Source: Takakia lepidozioides
Lineage: Eukaryota > Plantae > Bryophyta
Assembly (NCBI GenBank): GCA_030704615.1
Contig: CM060732.1
Span: 77,438,001-77,502,000, forward strand
Reading direction: 5' to 3'
DNA length: 64,000 nt
This document shows positions 1 through 14,500 of this stretch, in pieces. Numbering within the stretch: position 1 is the stretch's first letter; every line of letters starts with the position of its first letter. The translations under genes and the position numbers were made by a program. The notes beneath the pieces were generated by a model. The model did not search any database, was not told the DNA's origin, and saw only the letters and a list, made by a program, of their open reading frames with translations.

Positions 1-804
1 CCCAACTCCTAGATGGGAGGAATGTCATCTGAAGCGAAATTTGGCTTGACTTCGTCGAGCCCTTGTGGGCCTCCGCCCAAGCCTCCATACAGTAGTCTTA
101 CTAGATCTTGAAGTCATCTAGACATGTCAAACAATCACAGTTGCCAGGAGCATTAACACTTGCAGCGCTTTAAGGTTCTGGAGATGTTGGGTTCATGACA
201 TTGGATTTGCAGGTGAGAGGGCAAGGACAGCTGTTGCCATTGTTTGTTTTTCTGTCTACATCCTATCTTAGATATTCAATCTACGATCATTGACAGACAC
301 CATGCTGAATGGAGGGAATGAACCTACATGAGGGGCCACACCTCAAGACTTCTTTCCTGGTCTTAGAGGAGAGCAACAAGTTCTGGGGTCAATTCATGGC
401 CGTGAGGAATGTCATCTAAAGATTATTGTCAGGTTGATCTTCCTGGGTCATGTGTGTGTGTGCTTGCTTGCCAGGGGTGATCCAGGCTATGCAATTACTT
501 AGAGAGATCTAAAGGATGGACAACTGAGCTATCCAAGATATGTTCGAAACTTCTTGCCCACTTGACAGACCCTATCGACTCCTTGGGGTTGATATAATCC
601 AATGCACAGCTTTTAATATTCTTAAGAGGTCGGGGTATACTTAATGTGGTGCTGAGGAGTCTCATTTGGGATTGCTGAAACGAACTGATGTTGGGCATTT
701 TCTGTGGACCAGAGTTTTTACCACCTGCCTGCCTGAAATGTCCTATGGCCAACTTCTGTTGATTATGTTCTGAAGTACTTCTATATTCTACGTGGTGTTG
801 GCAG

Positions 805-3800
805 GATGACCAGCCTGGCATTCAAGGTGTTGCTGTCACTTTAGTTGGTGGTCGAAGCACAACAGAGAGTGTCATAGGTATGAAGCCACTTTTCCCTTAA
901 TTAAGAGATCCGAAGATACTACACTGTAGAGGAGAGATTCTCTCGTAAGTTAATCAATACATCAGAGGTTTGGCAAGATCCTTACTATCAGTGATCCTCC
1001 CTCTTAGGGCCTTGATTGACCTGTTTCCCTGAGGGTCAACTATCATAGATCAGGTTTCATTTTTGGCCCAAGTGTTGGTTCCTCAGACTCCACTAGGAGA
1101 AGTTTCAGCCATCGGTGACCAACTCATCGAATGGCAAGGTATGCTGCTAGATGTATCTTGCATTGAAGGAGATATGGTTGGTTTGCAGACTATGAAGATG
1201 TTTCTGCTTACCAGCTCTCGCTTGCGGAGGATACAAGTGGGATCATTGAGCTGGTATATTTTCCTCAATTACGAACCACAATCTGAGCTTTCTACATCAG
1301 TGTCATAACCTTCCTGTTAGGAGAATAGAATTATTTTTCAAACTCCCAGAGATCTACAAGCCCGAAAATTTACCTTGTTGGATCGTACTGTACTTGATCT
1401 TGGTAGGGTTGTTATATAACCATCTCTGCACAAGTAATCAGTGCCATCCAACAGTGCTTGTGGGCTCTATTGCCTCAGGGCCGCTGCAAGCAAAATCTTC
1501 CCAGGTAACGTATATTTGTTTGCATGTGATTGGAGGATTTGTGGTTAGTCCTTCACATCTCATCTTGAAACTCTTTCTTGGATCAGGACATACTTTGTCT
1601 GGAGGGGAAGGATATGGTGGCCGTTCTCTACACATATCGTAGCTGTGTCAAAGCGCTACCCCAGGTGCGTGGTTCTCAACATGTCCACATAAATAGACAT
1701 GGATATAGGGTTCCAGTCCTTCTTTGCTCAAAGGAGCATGACTTCGGTTGCAAAAACCAAACGATACCTAGGCGCCAAGTCTCAGCTGTTAGAAGACAAA
1801 TATGTGGAGCTTGCCAAGTCTTCACATGAACGTAGCATACATGATTTGATGCTCAGGACAAAAGTGCTGGGTGTTGGAAACCATGTTGGAAAACCACTGG
1901 CGTGTGGTCGGGCTAGGGATTGAACCTAGGACCTCCCCCATTCCGGTGGGGTGCTCTACCACTGAGCTACCCGTCCCCTTTCTGTTCTCAGAGTGCCGTG
2001 CAAGGGCTATAGCCTTGACACCTCCAACACTCCCCCTCAAGGCATAGCCTTTATAGCTGATGCCCACCCATTCTGACCACCGCCCCAACCTTGGCTCTGA
2101 TACCATGTTGGAAAACCACTGGCGTGTGGTCGGGCTAGGGATTGAACCTAGGACCTCCCCCATTCCGGTGGGGTGCTCTACCACTGAGCTACCCGTCCCC
2201 TTTCTGTTCTCAGGATGCCTTTTGTCGCAATTTCTACTAGCCATGGCAATTTGGCGCTCAGTTTACATTCTTGTATGAACATGATAAACCGACACATCTG
2301 ATGATACTGTAATGAGGATTGACCTTTCCACATTGGTTGCTGTGATTATGGACTGACGGAACGTCTTTAAGTCATGCTGAGTATGAGGGATAAGTGGGGA
2401 TTGACTGACGTATCTTTAGAAGATAGGCTGAGGTTCCTTGTTGTGGAATGGTGCAGCTGCCTGAATCAATGAAACAGAGCCAAGCAGACTTGTATGTGGA
2501 AACATATCAGGTGCTGGATATAGAGATAGGCCGGCTACGGGACATGCAACGCTGGCAAGCATCCGCTGCAACCAAAGTGATCCCCTGGTCCTTTCCTTTG
2601 AAGATGTCACTTCTGTGTGCCCCTTGAAATATTAACACGTGATCGGCCAAGAGTCTTTTTGCTTGTGCGTCAAAGCTACTGGTCAGGTCTGTTAGTCACA
2701 TAATTTCAGCATTCGTCTCCAGGCTACTCAGGTTTTCCAACTGTGGGGGGGCTGTTGAACACATGTGAATACAAGAGAGGTCTCTGGGGTTTGCTTTTCT
2801 TTGGCCTAAAGGATATTTGGGTGGATGTCAGCTAGCAGCAGACATGCACAAGTTCTCCCGGTTTGATAAGAAGCTCAGGGGTCCTACGGTCACACACATG
2901 TGGTACACAACAGGTTTCTTTGCCCTTTTCCTTCCTGCGTTCCCCTTTCTCTTTTCCCTCCCTCTACCTCTTCAATCCCCTCCTCTCTTCAGACAACTCT
3001 AGAGATTTGTGGAAATGGGATGTCTCCATGCTGTCCAGGGGTATTAGGGCCTTTGAGATGGTCTCTGGAAGTTCAAGAGTTTAATTCGCTCTAATGATGC
3101 CACAGATGTAGTGAAACATCATTTCAGTGTGCATGGGACTGGGCGTGGGAGGGTCTTTGGTCCAAGTCAGCACTTCCTCATGTGGGTTTCAAGCAATAGT
3201 GAGATCCCCTTCTGCATAACAGTGGAAAAATCCACCCTCAGTATGGGGTGGCTTCAGAAGATATACTTGTCATATAGAGAGTAGTGTAAAATAGTTAACT
3301 CACCTGCACAAGGAAAGATTGGAGTTTCAGGATAGATTTTTTTGTTCAAGAAGTTCCACTTTCTGGTAACCGAGTGGAGAAGTCACATGTGACAGGGGCA
3401 TGCTGAGGCTGCTGGATGTGCTGCTGCAACTGGATCATCTGAAGAATGCCAAGGCTAGCATCCCCAATGACTTTTCTTGGTACAAAAGGTGAAATCATAC
3501 CTGAGAACCACCACTGAACAGAAAACTTTAAACTCCCAAAGTATCCTCTTGGATACTTTTGAGAAAAATCAAGTAGTACAAGGTGTTCAATCCACATCTT
3601 CCTGCAACCTTTTCTTATCTGGAGATTTCATCAAACTCATTAGGCATATTCTCTTGATAGCTGGATGAAAGAAGATCTCCTTCTAGTTGACCAAAATTGA
3701 AGATATCTAAATTTTCCAGATTCAATCTCCTTCATTGCAGAACTTTCTCACAAATAAGCACACAGTGGCCTGACACTGACGGGATGAGGGAAGAACTAGA

Positions 3801-5516
3801 TGATCTTCAGGTTTGTTCTCTATCCAGTCATCCCTGTTTCATCCACACATATTTTGGGGCATTAGAACTGTATTGCACGTTTAAGCCGAAATTGATCTGT
3901 TGTGCTTAGGCAGCAAATGTATAATTGGAATATACCTTGCTGTTTGGCGGTCTGCCAAAGTGTTGGTGGTGTTTCTCCTAATTGTGGAATGTTTTGCCCA
4001 CAGATCTTTCTCAGTACAAGGTGGACAATACTATTGAACTTACAGGCTGAAATGTTCCGCGTGAATGGGTATCCTTTTTGGCTCTTGTTTGGATTCCCTG
4101 AACCATGTAATACTGTGAAGATGGAGATGTAAGGTCAAGTTTTCATAAATGACAACAGCAGAACATATGAAGCATCCAATATGAGTGTATCGAATCACCT
4201 TCTACATTGTGAGAAAGAGAAATATGAGGGTAGATTCATTCATTTGTGGGAGAAATGAAATGAAGTGATACTTTGTAATTTTCACGGCAAGTCAAAGAGC
4301 TTATGGGACAAGAGATAGCATTAAACAAGAAGAGAGTTGGGGCTGCAACAAGCAGCCCAAAAACAACTACTGATTAAGGGCTTGTCTCAGAGTCAACGCC
4401 CCGCGTGGATATGCTGGCAAGCATTTCAGGTCCTCGTAATGGAAGGCCTCTGTGAGAGCTTAGAATAGACAATAGTATCTCCACCTAGAAAGGACAGTGA
4501 AAGAAGGAATGTTCTTCATTTTTCTCCTCCTGTTGTCCTTAGCACATGGGGGGCGCAGGTGCTCCTCACGCCGGAGGTTGTCCCAGTCTCTATCTGCAGG
4601 CTGTGGGAGCCTATAGAGGAAAACAAAAGATGCCTTTTCACGTCAAGTAGGACAACAACAGAACCACATGACAAGACTTCAACGGACAGTTGTGGCCATA
4701 GACCCCGCGCCCAGTTTGGGCAGGGACAAAAGGGACCAGAAACTACCTTTGTGTGGGGCTCACTCTGGTAGTGTGACTTGGTATGAACATTTAGTTCGGG
4801 ATTTCCAGATATCCTCTAGAAAGCCGTTCACACAAGCATCAATCTGCTGTGTGTGAGCACCCCATACCTCAACTGGGCCAGGGCCTTAGGCTCGACGTCA
4901 AGATTTTGAAAGTTGGTGAACAGAGGTGCCGTGACAATGTTCTTGATTCTCCTGAAGAGGATCACTCTCAGGTGAGAACATCCCTGGACAATGTATCAGA
5001 AAATGGATATTGTCTTCTGGTTTGCCCGCACATTGGGCACTTACAATCTCCTCTTCCTCTCAGATCTGCTTATTGTTCAAAGGTAGGCTTCCCACCCTGA
5101 GTTTAATTTCAGTCTAGTGCCACGGGCAGGTATGCCCTTGAGATCATCCTCAAGTTCCTTGCCCATGTCATATACTGGAAAGTTCAGGGAAGTTTTATGC
5201 CTAACTTCATGAGGAGAGAGAGAAATGAAATGAAATGAAATGGAGAGAGAGAGAGAGAGATTGTACTCATAAGACGTTGTTTGCCGTAGCCTTGTGGCCA
5301 TTGACCCCGCGCCCAGTTTGAGTGGGAACAAAGGGACAGAACCTACCTCTGTCAGGGGCTGACGTTGGTAGTGTGACTTACCATCATATATAGAATTAAT
5401 CCGGGTTTTCCAGATATCCTCTAGAAATCCCTTCACACAAGCATCAATCTGCTGTGTGTGATTTGCCCAAAAACTAGGCCTCAGGAGGGCCTGGGCTTTT
5501 GGCTCAGCCTCGAGAC

Positions 5517-5551
<35 letters not shown>

Positions 5552-8500
5552 TACTCATGCTGTCCCTTGAAAACGCTGGCTTGCCATAGCATTACAGCCA
5601 TGGACCCCGTGGGAAAGTAACCCTCCTGTAGCCTTTGTGGGGGTTTGCACCCACCAGTGTTTAGAGAGAGACAGAGAAAGCTTCAAGTCTTCAGGACTTC
5701 AGGATCATATCCATGTTGTCAAACAGAGACAGAGAAGTACAGGAATATCCGAGTTGTGCCAGATTGTTGTTTGCTGCCTTCTCTTATTGGCTTGCTTGGG
5801 AAGCTTAACTCAGGTTGAAACTACGCAGTGTGGAGGACGTACTGCAAGTCCTCATACTCTTCTGCCTGGAGTCACTGGAATCAGATCGTGTCTTACTCTA
5901 TTCGGAGCGGCATACCCTTCTTAGAGTGCTGCCAGTTTTAGTGGTCCTTCTCACATCAGGGGAAAAAGAAGGTGAATCTGTCTTCAAGAAGATCAAGCTC
6001 CCCCGACTTGTTCGCATTTTCAAGGTAAGCTGTGAACTTTTACTAATTCTCCAACGTTTCCAGTGGAGAGATGAGCATGCTCAACAAGCATAGGAACGTC
6101 AGTCCTCTCATCTTTCTATGGCATGGATATGGGAGCAATGAAACTTTTCATATGTGCGTTGTCTTGTGAAACATGTCTGTGTCTTCCTTGGGAAAGGAAT
6201 TGTCTCACATGATTCTATCGATAATGGTTGATGAGCGCTGTTCCTTTCATGGTTGTGACTGAATCCAAATGTGTTTTATATGCAAATGATGTTTCAGAAT
6301 TCTAGCACATCCCGGATTGATTCGTATTTGATAGTTTGTACCTCCGTGAGAATGGTTGCACTCATGTATCTAACATTAGTGAAAAGGTTGAGGTCTCTGC
6401 CGACCTCTACAATGGCGTTCGCAAATATTGGATCCTGATTGCTTTGCAAGGAACCCTTTCCGTAGGTCTCTTTGGTGACGAGGATTAGACCGATTAATTC
6501 TACCCGGGCCTTTTCTTGGGTGGATCAGGAAAAGAAGAGAGAGAGAGAGGGTAGAGAAAGGTGTATGGCTGGCTAAGGAGGATGCTTGTCTGGTGGACAG
6601 AGAGACCCCGTGATCCCAGCATTTCCAGACCTGCATGTGGCACCTGCAAGCATACTGAAGGAGTTGGCCCCGTACTTCCACAAAGTGTCGGCGCAAGTGC
6701 GGCAAATTGGGCTGCCTATGCCCCATGAGCTCAGCCTTCGGGAAGCCTTGGAATATCCTCCTGGAACTGTCCCGTCTTTTTCCTTGTGATATATTGGTGT
6801 TGATAAGGGCATCCTCTACGCAACCCTCATGGAAAGCTGAAATCAACTTGATATTGCAGATTGCATTTCTTGGGCTATCCAGAACATAGACACTGACCCT
6901 CTACACTGACAACGAACTCAGGAGCTGGGACGATCCATGATATAGATCTCTCTCTCGGATCTGAGTGCTTTATTTTCCCGTGTTTTTCATGGGAAAGGCC
7001 TCCTTATCCGTTAGCCAGTAGCCAGTTTGTTTTTCATCCTGCCTGTTGAGGGAAGGCAGGGGGAACACCAAAGAATTTTTTCTCTGGAAGAGCTTAATTC
7101 ACTGGAAGGCCTGTCGATTTATGGTCCACAGCCATCAATGTCAATCAGTGCAGTATCTGTAAACATGGACTGTGTCCAGAGCCTTTACTGATATAGTCCA
7201 CAAGTTTACTTATAGGCAGGGAACAACAAAAGAGCAAGAAAGTCAAGAAAGGATGGATAATCTCCACCTGAGGACAAACTACAACGACAAGAACAAGTAC
7301 ATCACACTAAAACTGAATTGTACTTTTCAAGCAACAATAGATTTCCTGGACGAAGCTCTTTACAGAAGTGTTGACCTGTGAATACGCAACCCAGAACTGA
7401 CCCAAGACACAGCTTTGTGTTGTTGCAATCTCCCACTGATGTAAAGGGGTGCATCGACACTTTGTTTGATGCTTTGAAAGGGAGCCTCTTGTTTAGAAGA
7501 GTTTACGTAAGACAGCACCGGAATATTTTGATGTACACAACCCTCATGTGGGTACTCATGAAAAATTGAAATACAGTACCTTCATAACATTTACAGAGGG
7601 CCACAAGGGAAAGTAGGAACCACGTCAGAATACCAAAGTGGAGGGAGAGATAGAGAGAGAAGAGTTATAAGTGTTCTCTACCTGCAGGCCTTGCCAGTTG
7701 TGATTGAGGTTTGTAGCAGATGAATGGATCCTTAATTGGTCACAAGTATCAGAGGGAGTACCTGATTGTCAATCATATGGCGGCCATAAGATCCCAGCAT
7801 GATGAATATTGCCTACGCTTTTCTACTGCTATGAACCAGGTATCCTCTTCCCCACCACAACCCCCTTGCCTCCATTGTCTCGAAGGAGTGTCTCTGCCTT
7901 TCTTGCTGGTGTAAGAAATTCTTTGTCAGTGACGCTGTCAAGTTTAAGCACTCTTGGTATGCTTGGGTTGTGTCCAACTTTTTGAAGTGCAATGGACTCT
8001 CCAATGGACATTGCCTCCCTACTGCCACAAAATACGGAGGGAGTGGATATTGCGCCCAAATGGGACGGCAATAGATATTCAAGATGAACTCTTAGACGAT
8101 CCCTTGAGCTTTAGTTGCTTTTGGGCTCTTTGTGGCCCCTCTCTCTTTCTTGTTCCTCTTGTCCCATAAACTCTTTGAGCTTCCCACGGACATTATAAAG
8201 TAACAATTCATTTGTTCTCTCTTTCTCTCATGGTTTTCTTGATGTTGAACTTTGTCCTCTGGGGGCCCTTAGGGCTGCCTGCGGAAGTTATACACTTTCT
8301 GTCTTGCTTCCTCTTCTGGTGATGTTTGGGTCTTTTCATACGTTCTACTTTGTTGCATGGGCCTTCTGGACAGACCAAAGGTTTAGTGGCTTAGCAGCCT
8401 ACCTGCATAGGTACTCCGTATTTGAGCAGCTTACTAATTTGTCTTGCCACCTCTTCAACCCCAGCTGCAGTTAGTGAAAATGGCAAAAGATGCCGACACA

Positions 8501-11500
8501 GCATTGCGCAAACGTGTGAAGGAGGACGTTTATCTCATCATAGTCGAAGGCTTCCAACTGCTTAGTGAGTGGACAGGTCGGGTCTGGGAGCAGTGTGCCT
8601 GGAAGTTTTCAAGGCCTGCTAAGGATGTAACTCCCTTAGATTTGGAGCGATCCACAGAAGTCAGTGACTATGAGAAGGTAAGTGCCTCCCCTGCACATGA
8701 TAAAATGTCTTTCTTCTGTTTTCACTTCCTTCAAAACTGGGCTACATTGAATAGTACATCTGTTCATGACTAGACTTGGCATCTATGGACACCAGGTTCC
8801 ACAAGGCAAGTCTATTCTTCATCCATGTCCGTTTGTCCCAAGTTATAATTTATTGGCAGTCTGATGGATACTTCACCTCCCTCTCAGCCAGCATCAGGAA
8901 GGATCTACTTATCAATTAGTGAATTAACTATTCATTTGGTGTGCTTCTCTTTTGTTCCCAATGGCCTTTTGGGCCTGCTGTTTGTGTGATAATTCTTCTC
9001 TGTTTCTGATGATGCAGGTAACATTTTGTCCAACTTTCTCATCTGTCCTCTCGGCATCTTTCAAAAGGGGATACCCGCTTGATGGTCTGTTAAGAGAAGG
9101 ACTCTGTAGATTGTCCTTGCTGCTATCCATAATCGACCCACTCAATCTGTCATGACTGTCAAGGCACATGCAAAAAGTCTACGGATCACATGAGTAATAT
9201 AATCCATTCAGAGATCACTGATCCTGCATTACTTGCCTTGACAGGTTGTCCGCTGCAACTACTCACTGGCGGAGAGAAAGGCTTTGGTGGAACTGATCAA
9301 CTACATCAAAGGAGTGGGCGCAATGATGGAGAGAGTGGACACACTAGTGGCAGACACTGTTTGGGAGGCACTGCATGCTCAAGTGCAGGAGTTTGTTCAG
9401 AACAAGCTGGCCCTTATGCTTCGCACCACCTTCAAGAAGAAAAAGGAACTGTCACGGTAAAATTTCGTATCACGTGGATTTTCATGTGGTAACCTTGGTG
9501 TGACTTTTGAGTTGGTCTTGGTAGGAAGTCCCCACTTCTCCCAAGAGTTTTTGTTGTCAGCATCTCCTGGGATGTAGTGTTCTTGAGCCGTGAAGCATGC
9601 TCTACTTGTGCAGAATCTTGGCAGACATGAGAGTCATATCAGCCGATTGGATGGGGAATGCCAGCCAGTTAGATTTTGCACAAGTTGGAAAAGTCAAAGA
9701 AGAGAATGCTGGAAATCCAGTTAGTTTTCGGCCCCGCCCTGCTCCTCCTACTATTGCTCAGGTTGGACTAATTTCTAACCTCCACTCATATCAACATGTC
9801 ATAGCGCTTTCAACTGATCCATATATTTGTGATTCAAATGTGGTATTAGGTTTGCCTCAGGGATGTACCGGCTGTGTCAATCTGTTTATTGTATGGGAGG
9901 GACAGAATTATGAGATATCCTCTAGTTGTGTTTCCTGAAATGATACAATTTGGTTATCAATCAACAAAGCTGTAATGGCCATTTCTGTAACATTCACACA
10001 GGACCTTAGCATTTGAAGATGGTCATTTGACATTGACAGTTATGTTTGGGTGGAGGTTCAGCTTCATTGCCTGCAGTTTTTGATCCATGAGGTCGTCTCC
10101 GGGGGTGCTCCAAAGAAGGCAGGGGGTTTCTTTACTGGCACAGACACTGATATTCCAGTTGGGGACATCAGACAATTAGAGGACTTCTTCAATAGACTTG
10201 CTTTCTTCCCTCATATCCTTGACTACCGAGGTATAGCACTGCTGTATGCTGGGAATAGATATTTAACTCTCTACACCCTCTGTGTCCCATAAGCCTCTGG
10301 GCCTCCAGTGGGCACAATATAATGTGTCGTTTTATGTCATGTCTGAAGCCGTGCTCTTCTGATCCAAAATTTGTAAGGATTTTGTTGAGTATTATTGAGG
10401 CGCATGCTGACTGCAGTGCTAACACGCTTAAAGAAAATTCACACGTGTTCTTTTTGTTCCTCCTGCAACTAGTTTGTGCTTTAGGTTACTTTCTATCAAT
10501 CTCACAAAACCCAGTGTTATTACAAATGTATAACCTTTAGTGGCCTATAACATGCCCCTGTAACAACCAAGAGTCTGATTGGTACCATCAACAATTATTA
10601 CTTAGGCCAGTCAAGTGTTGACAACCTACAGACCGAGGTTCTGATTCCAATCTGCTCTAACCAAATGCAGGGTATTCAGATTCACATTAACAGACGTGCT
10701 TGTGTGGGAGTGAATGCAGCAACACTAGCACATTTAACTGATCTGGGGTTTCTCTGGTTCCGGGAGTTCTATCTGGAAACATCGCGTGTCATTCAGGTTA
10801 CGTCTCTGGAGCAACACCATAAAATCTGAGATTGTTGTTTTGCTTACTTGTCAGAGTGATTCAAGAATTGTGCTACAACTCCCCCATTCCTTTTTCCCCC
10901 ATTTCTAGTTCGTTTTTGCTTAAGGGCCAGAAAATGTCCTTTATTGTTGCCTTTCTCCCACAGCTTCTGTGGATACGAATTGTGGTCTTTTTCCTCCTCA
11001 AGAAACTGGAAGGCTTATCACAACCACCAATGTTTAGTTGAGCTCATCCCAGAAGTGTGAAAAGTTTGTTTGAGAGTTTGAACTGTTGTGGCATTGCAGT
11101 TTCCAATCGAATGTTCACTGCCATGGATACTGGTGGATCATGTGATCGAGTCACATGATGCAGGTTTGCTGGAAAGTGTGCTCATGCCCTTTGACATCTA
11201 CAATGACTCTGCTGACCATGCACTTCGGACACTAAAGCAACGCTTTCTCTATGATGAGATTGAAGCTGAGGTAAAGTGTCTGTATGGAATCTCAAGAGGA
11301 CAGGTGTTGGATGTAGCGGAGAGGGGGAGGGGTGGAGTTATTTGCGAGTGCTGTTATTAGGACATGAGGGACCACTCATTTGCCTTAGTAATTGATCTTC
11401 GCATTTTGAGGCGTGGCAGGTAGATCTGTGTTTTGACCAGTTGGTGTTCAAGTTGAGTGAGCATATGTTTTCCTACTACAAGAGTCGTGCAGCAAGGTAC

Positions 11501-14500
11501 TCACTGCTCTCACTTTTGTATTCACCATATATTATACCAACTGGATAATACTTGAGCCTCGATGCAAAAATACTTCATCTGCATGTTGGGTTATTTTTCA
11601 CAGAGTTGTATATACAGTTCAAGAGCTTTATTATGGCAGTGAGAAGACAACACTTGGCTGGGACTGTGAAATGATATAGTAACATGTGGGGAGGTTATTC
11701 ATCACCAGTAGTGCATGTTGCCTTCACTTTCACTGTAATTTTGAAGACTGTAGGTTGCAATGGATGGGAGTTTGAATTTAGTTCTGAACACTTGGGGGGT
11801 GTGGTGTAAAATTCAATGGTCCATCTACTGACCTTACGTTGGAAACAGAATCTAACAAGTACGTTGTTGGTTGGCCACTGGAGAGCTGGACATGAACAGT
11901 AAAATGCTGGATCTGTCATTCTTTGGAGCAGTTGAAAACCATGAGAAGTACCAAGTGTTTCCCAAACGCTACGATCATCTGTTTAGACTGCACTGTGTGA
12001 AGGTGTGTCTGTGAAATTCAGTTCGATATTCCACCCTGGGGCTTTAAGTGTGTGCCTGGTTGCTTTCAAGTGTCCCTCAGCGTTTTCTTGTTGATTTACT
12101 TGAACTTATCCCACTGCAATCCTGACACTTCTGATAGCACACTGCCCATCATGTTAGCACATGACAGAAATGCATTATATTACCTAGTGTGTTGGCACGT
12201 TTCAGAGTATGCTCTTGACTCAGACTTCAGCTTCCATTATTGTATGGGGTGTGGATGGCAGCTTTTAGGCCGCAACATCGACATGGCATCTCTTATTGGA
12301 CAGCGTATGAATAAAATATTTCGAGAGAACCTGGACTTCTTGTTTGAGCGATTTGAGTCACATGATCTCTGCTCAATTGTGGTATGCGATCGCTACAATT
12401 TATCAAGAGAGAGAACCAATTTATTTTTAATGGACTTTATTCCATATACCCCTTGCTCTGCTTTGAATATGGCGAACGTATGGGACCGATAGAAGAATTG
12501 TATTTGAATACAGTACAACACTAAGCACTGAAAGTCATTTCACATGCAGACACGATTTTGCTCGTCTTGTTGCAAGTGCAGGATTTACAAAGACTGGTGG
12601 AGATACTGAGATTCACCCACGAGCTCCTATCAGAGCATGTGACTATGGATCCTTTTTCGCTTATGATGGGAGAGATGACTGAAACCATTTCACTTGTGTC
12701 TTTCTCAGGGCGCATTGCCTCCCAGGTGATCACAAACCTAACCAACAATGAATTGACAATTGAACTTGTCTATCAAAGTGAGGGTTACTTCAGTTGACCA
12801 TAGACATTGCACCTAAGAGACTGTCTGAGAGAACTGGAAGCCTGCAGAGCTCTCTTAAGACTCTTTGACTAGAAGAGAGTAGGTAGACAAAGAAAAGAAA
12901 GAGAATTGCTCATTTCTGTCTGAGTTGGGTTTTTAGAATCTACTACCCCTCAACAGAAATCTGGCATTCAGCTTCTGACTTGGAAGTGAGAAAACTGGAT
13001 GACTCACTTGACAAATGTGAGTCGAGAGTGTAAGACAGGTCTTCTTACTCGGTCGAGGTAATGAGAGCAACCAGCCATAATGTTATGTCGTTGTCTTTAC
13101 ACTGCTTCCCCTCCACATTGCAACGGATATTTTGGAAAGACATTGACATCTCTGTAGTGGCCTTGAAAATGGAGTTTGAACTAGCAGCCCAAACATTCAA
13201 CGCCTCCATAGTGCAGGAGTGATTATCTCCATGCCATTATAGTGACATGGTTTGTGAAAATTGTGAAGACAGGTGCTTCAAGAGCTACAAAATGATTTCT
13301 TCCCCAACTTCATTCTGTGCACTACTACTCAGCGTTTTGTCCGATTGCCCAAGTCTTGCCAACAGCCCGTGCAAAGGCCTTCTGCCCCCCATGCTGACCC
13401 CAGCTTTCTCTGTGGCACTGCTGTATGTCTTCCATTCTCATATTCTGTTCACATTGTGGGCACTGGGAGGGTGGCCAGCAAGGAAGAGAATGGAAGTGAC
13501 AAAAGTGACAAAAGTGCTGATGAGAAATGACGTCAAGAGTGAAATGGTACTTTGTAACATCCGTGGAAGGCGCAAAGAGCTTATGGGAGGAAATGCTGAA
13601 GGAGGGTAGAGGGGAGGTGGATCTCTGGTAAAGTAATGCAGTACTTCAAAATAGAAACACCAAGAAAAGAGTGGGTTGGTAGAGCATGTCTGTCTCAGGC
13701 TCTGCAATTGCACAAACTATTAGAGAGCACTGCCAAAGTGGGTGTGGTGAGTTGTCTGCAGGATCTGAATGCAGCGCAAGGCAATATGGCAGACTTACAT
13801 AGCAATTTCTTCGGCCTCCCACACATGTTTGCCGTAGTCAAGCTGCTCGGATCACGGTCACTGCCATGGCTTGTCCGAGCCCTTCTTGACTATCTCTCCG
13901 GAAAGGTTTGCTGTGATGTTGACCATGCTGCCCTCAGACCCATACCAAATTCAGAATAATTGGAAGTCTAGGACCAGGTTTGCAGATCTGTGAATTGCCA
14001 TTATTTTTATTGAAGATTGGCTGGGACCCAAACTTTGTTTTCGTATTAAGAGTGGTTGGATGGTTCTTCAAGTGTGCTTTGTTGCTGCAGATATCGGCTA
14101 TGGTGCCTGGGATTGAGCATATTCGCATGTCCATGCCAAAAGCCATCGCTATCCCCTCCCATTATTGGGGGGTTGACGGTCTGATTCTGGCCATTGATTT
14201 GCTCTGCGTGTGCCTGAGTTTCATCTCTTTGCATTAAGATCTGCTTCAAGCGGGACTTCTAGGATAAACTGAGAACGGTCACAAGTTGTCTCGGAAGGTT
14301 TTCAACATTAAAGATTATGCAGTATAACAAAGTTGTGAAAAGCAGGCAATTGAGCAGGTCTGGATTTTGATACAGTATTCTAGCTACTAAAAGATTTTAT
14401 GACTAAGACCGTGGTGAATGGATGAACTCTTGTCATGGCTAGAATCTTCTCAAGGCCAAAACTTTATGCTATAAGGATTGCCAGCCATTAAGATTAAGTA

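Noticed and set aside
1905-2198. Two functional tRNA genes
   Set aside because: Acceptor mismatch, C at position 33 and a poor anticodon stem; both sit inside LTRs, so they are called tRNA-like.
1822-2244. 140-aa ORF with an internal 37-aa repeat
   Set aside because: It is a by-product of the duplicated TRIM LTR inside a PIR intron.
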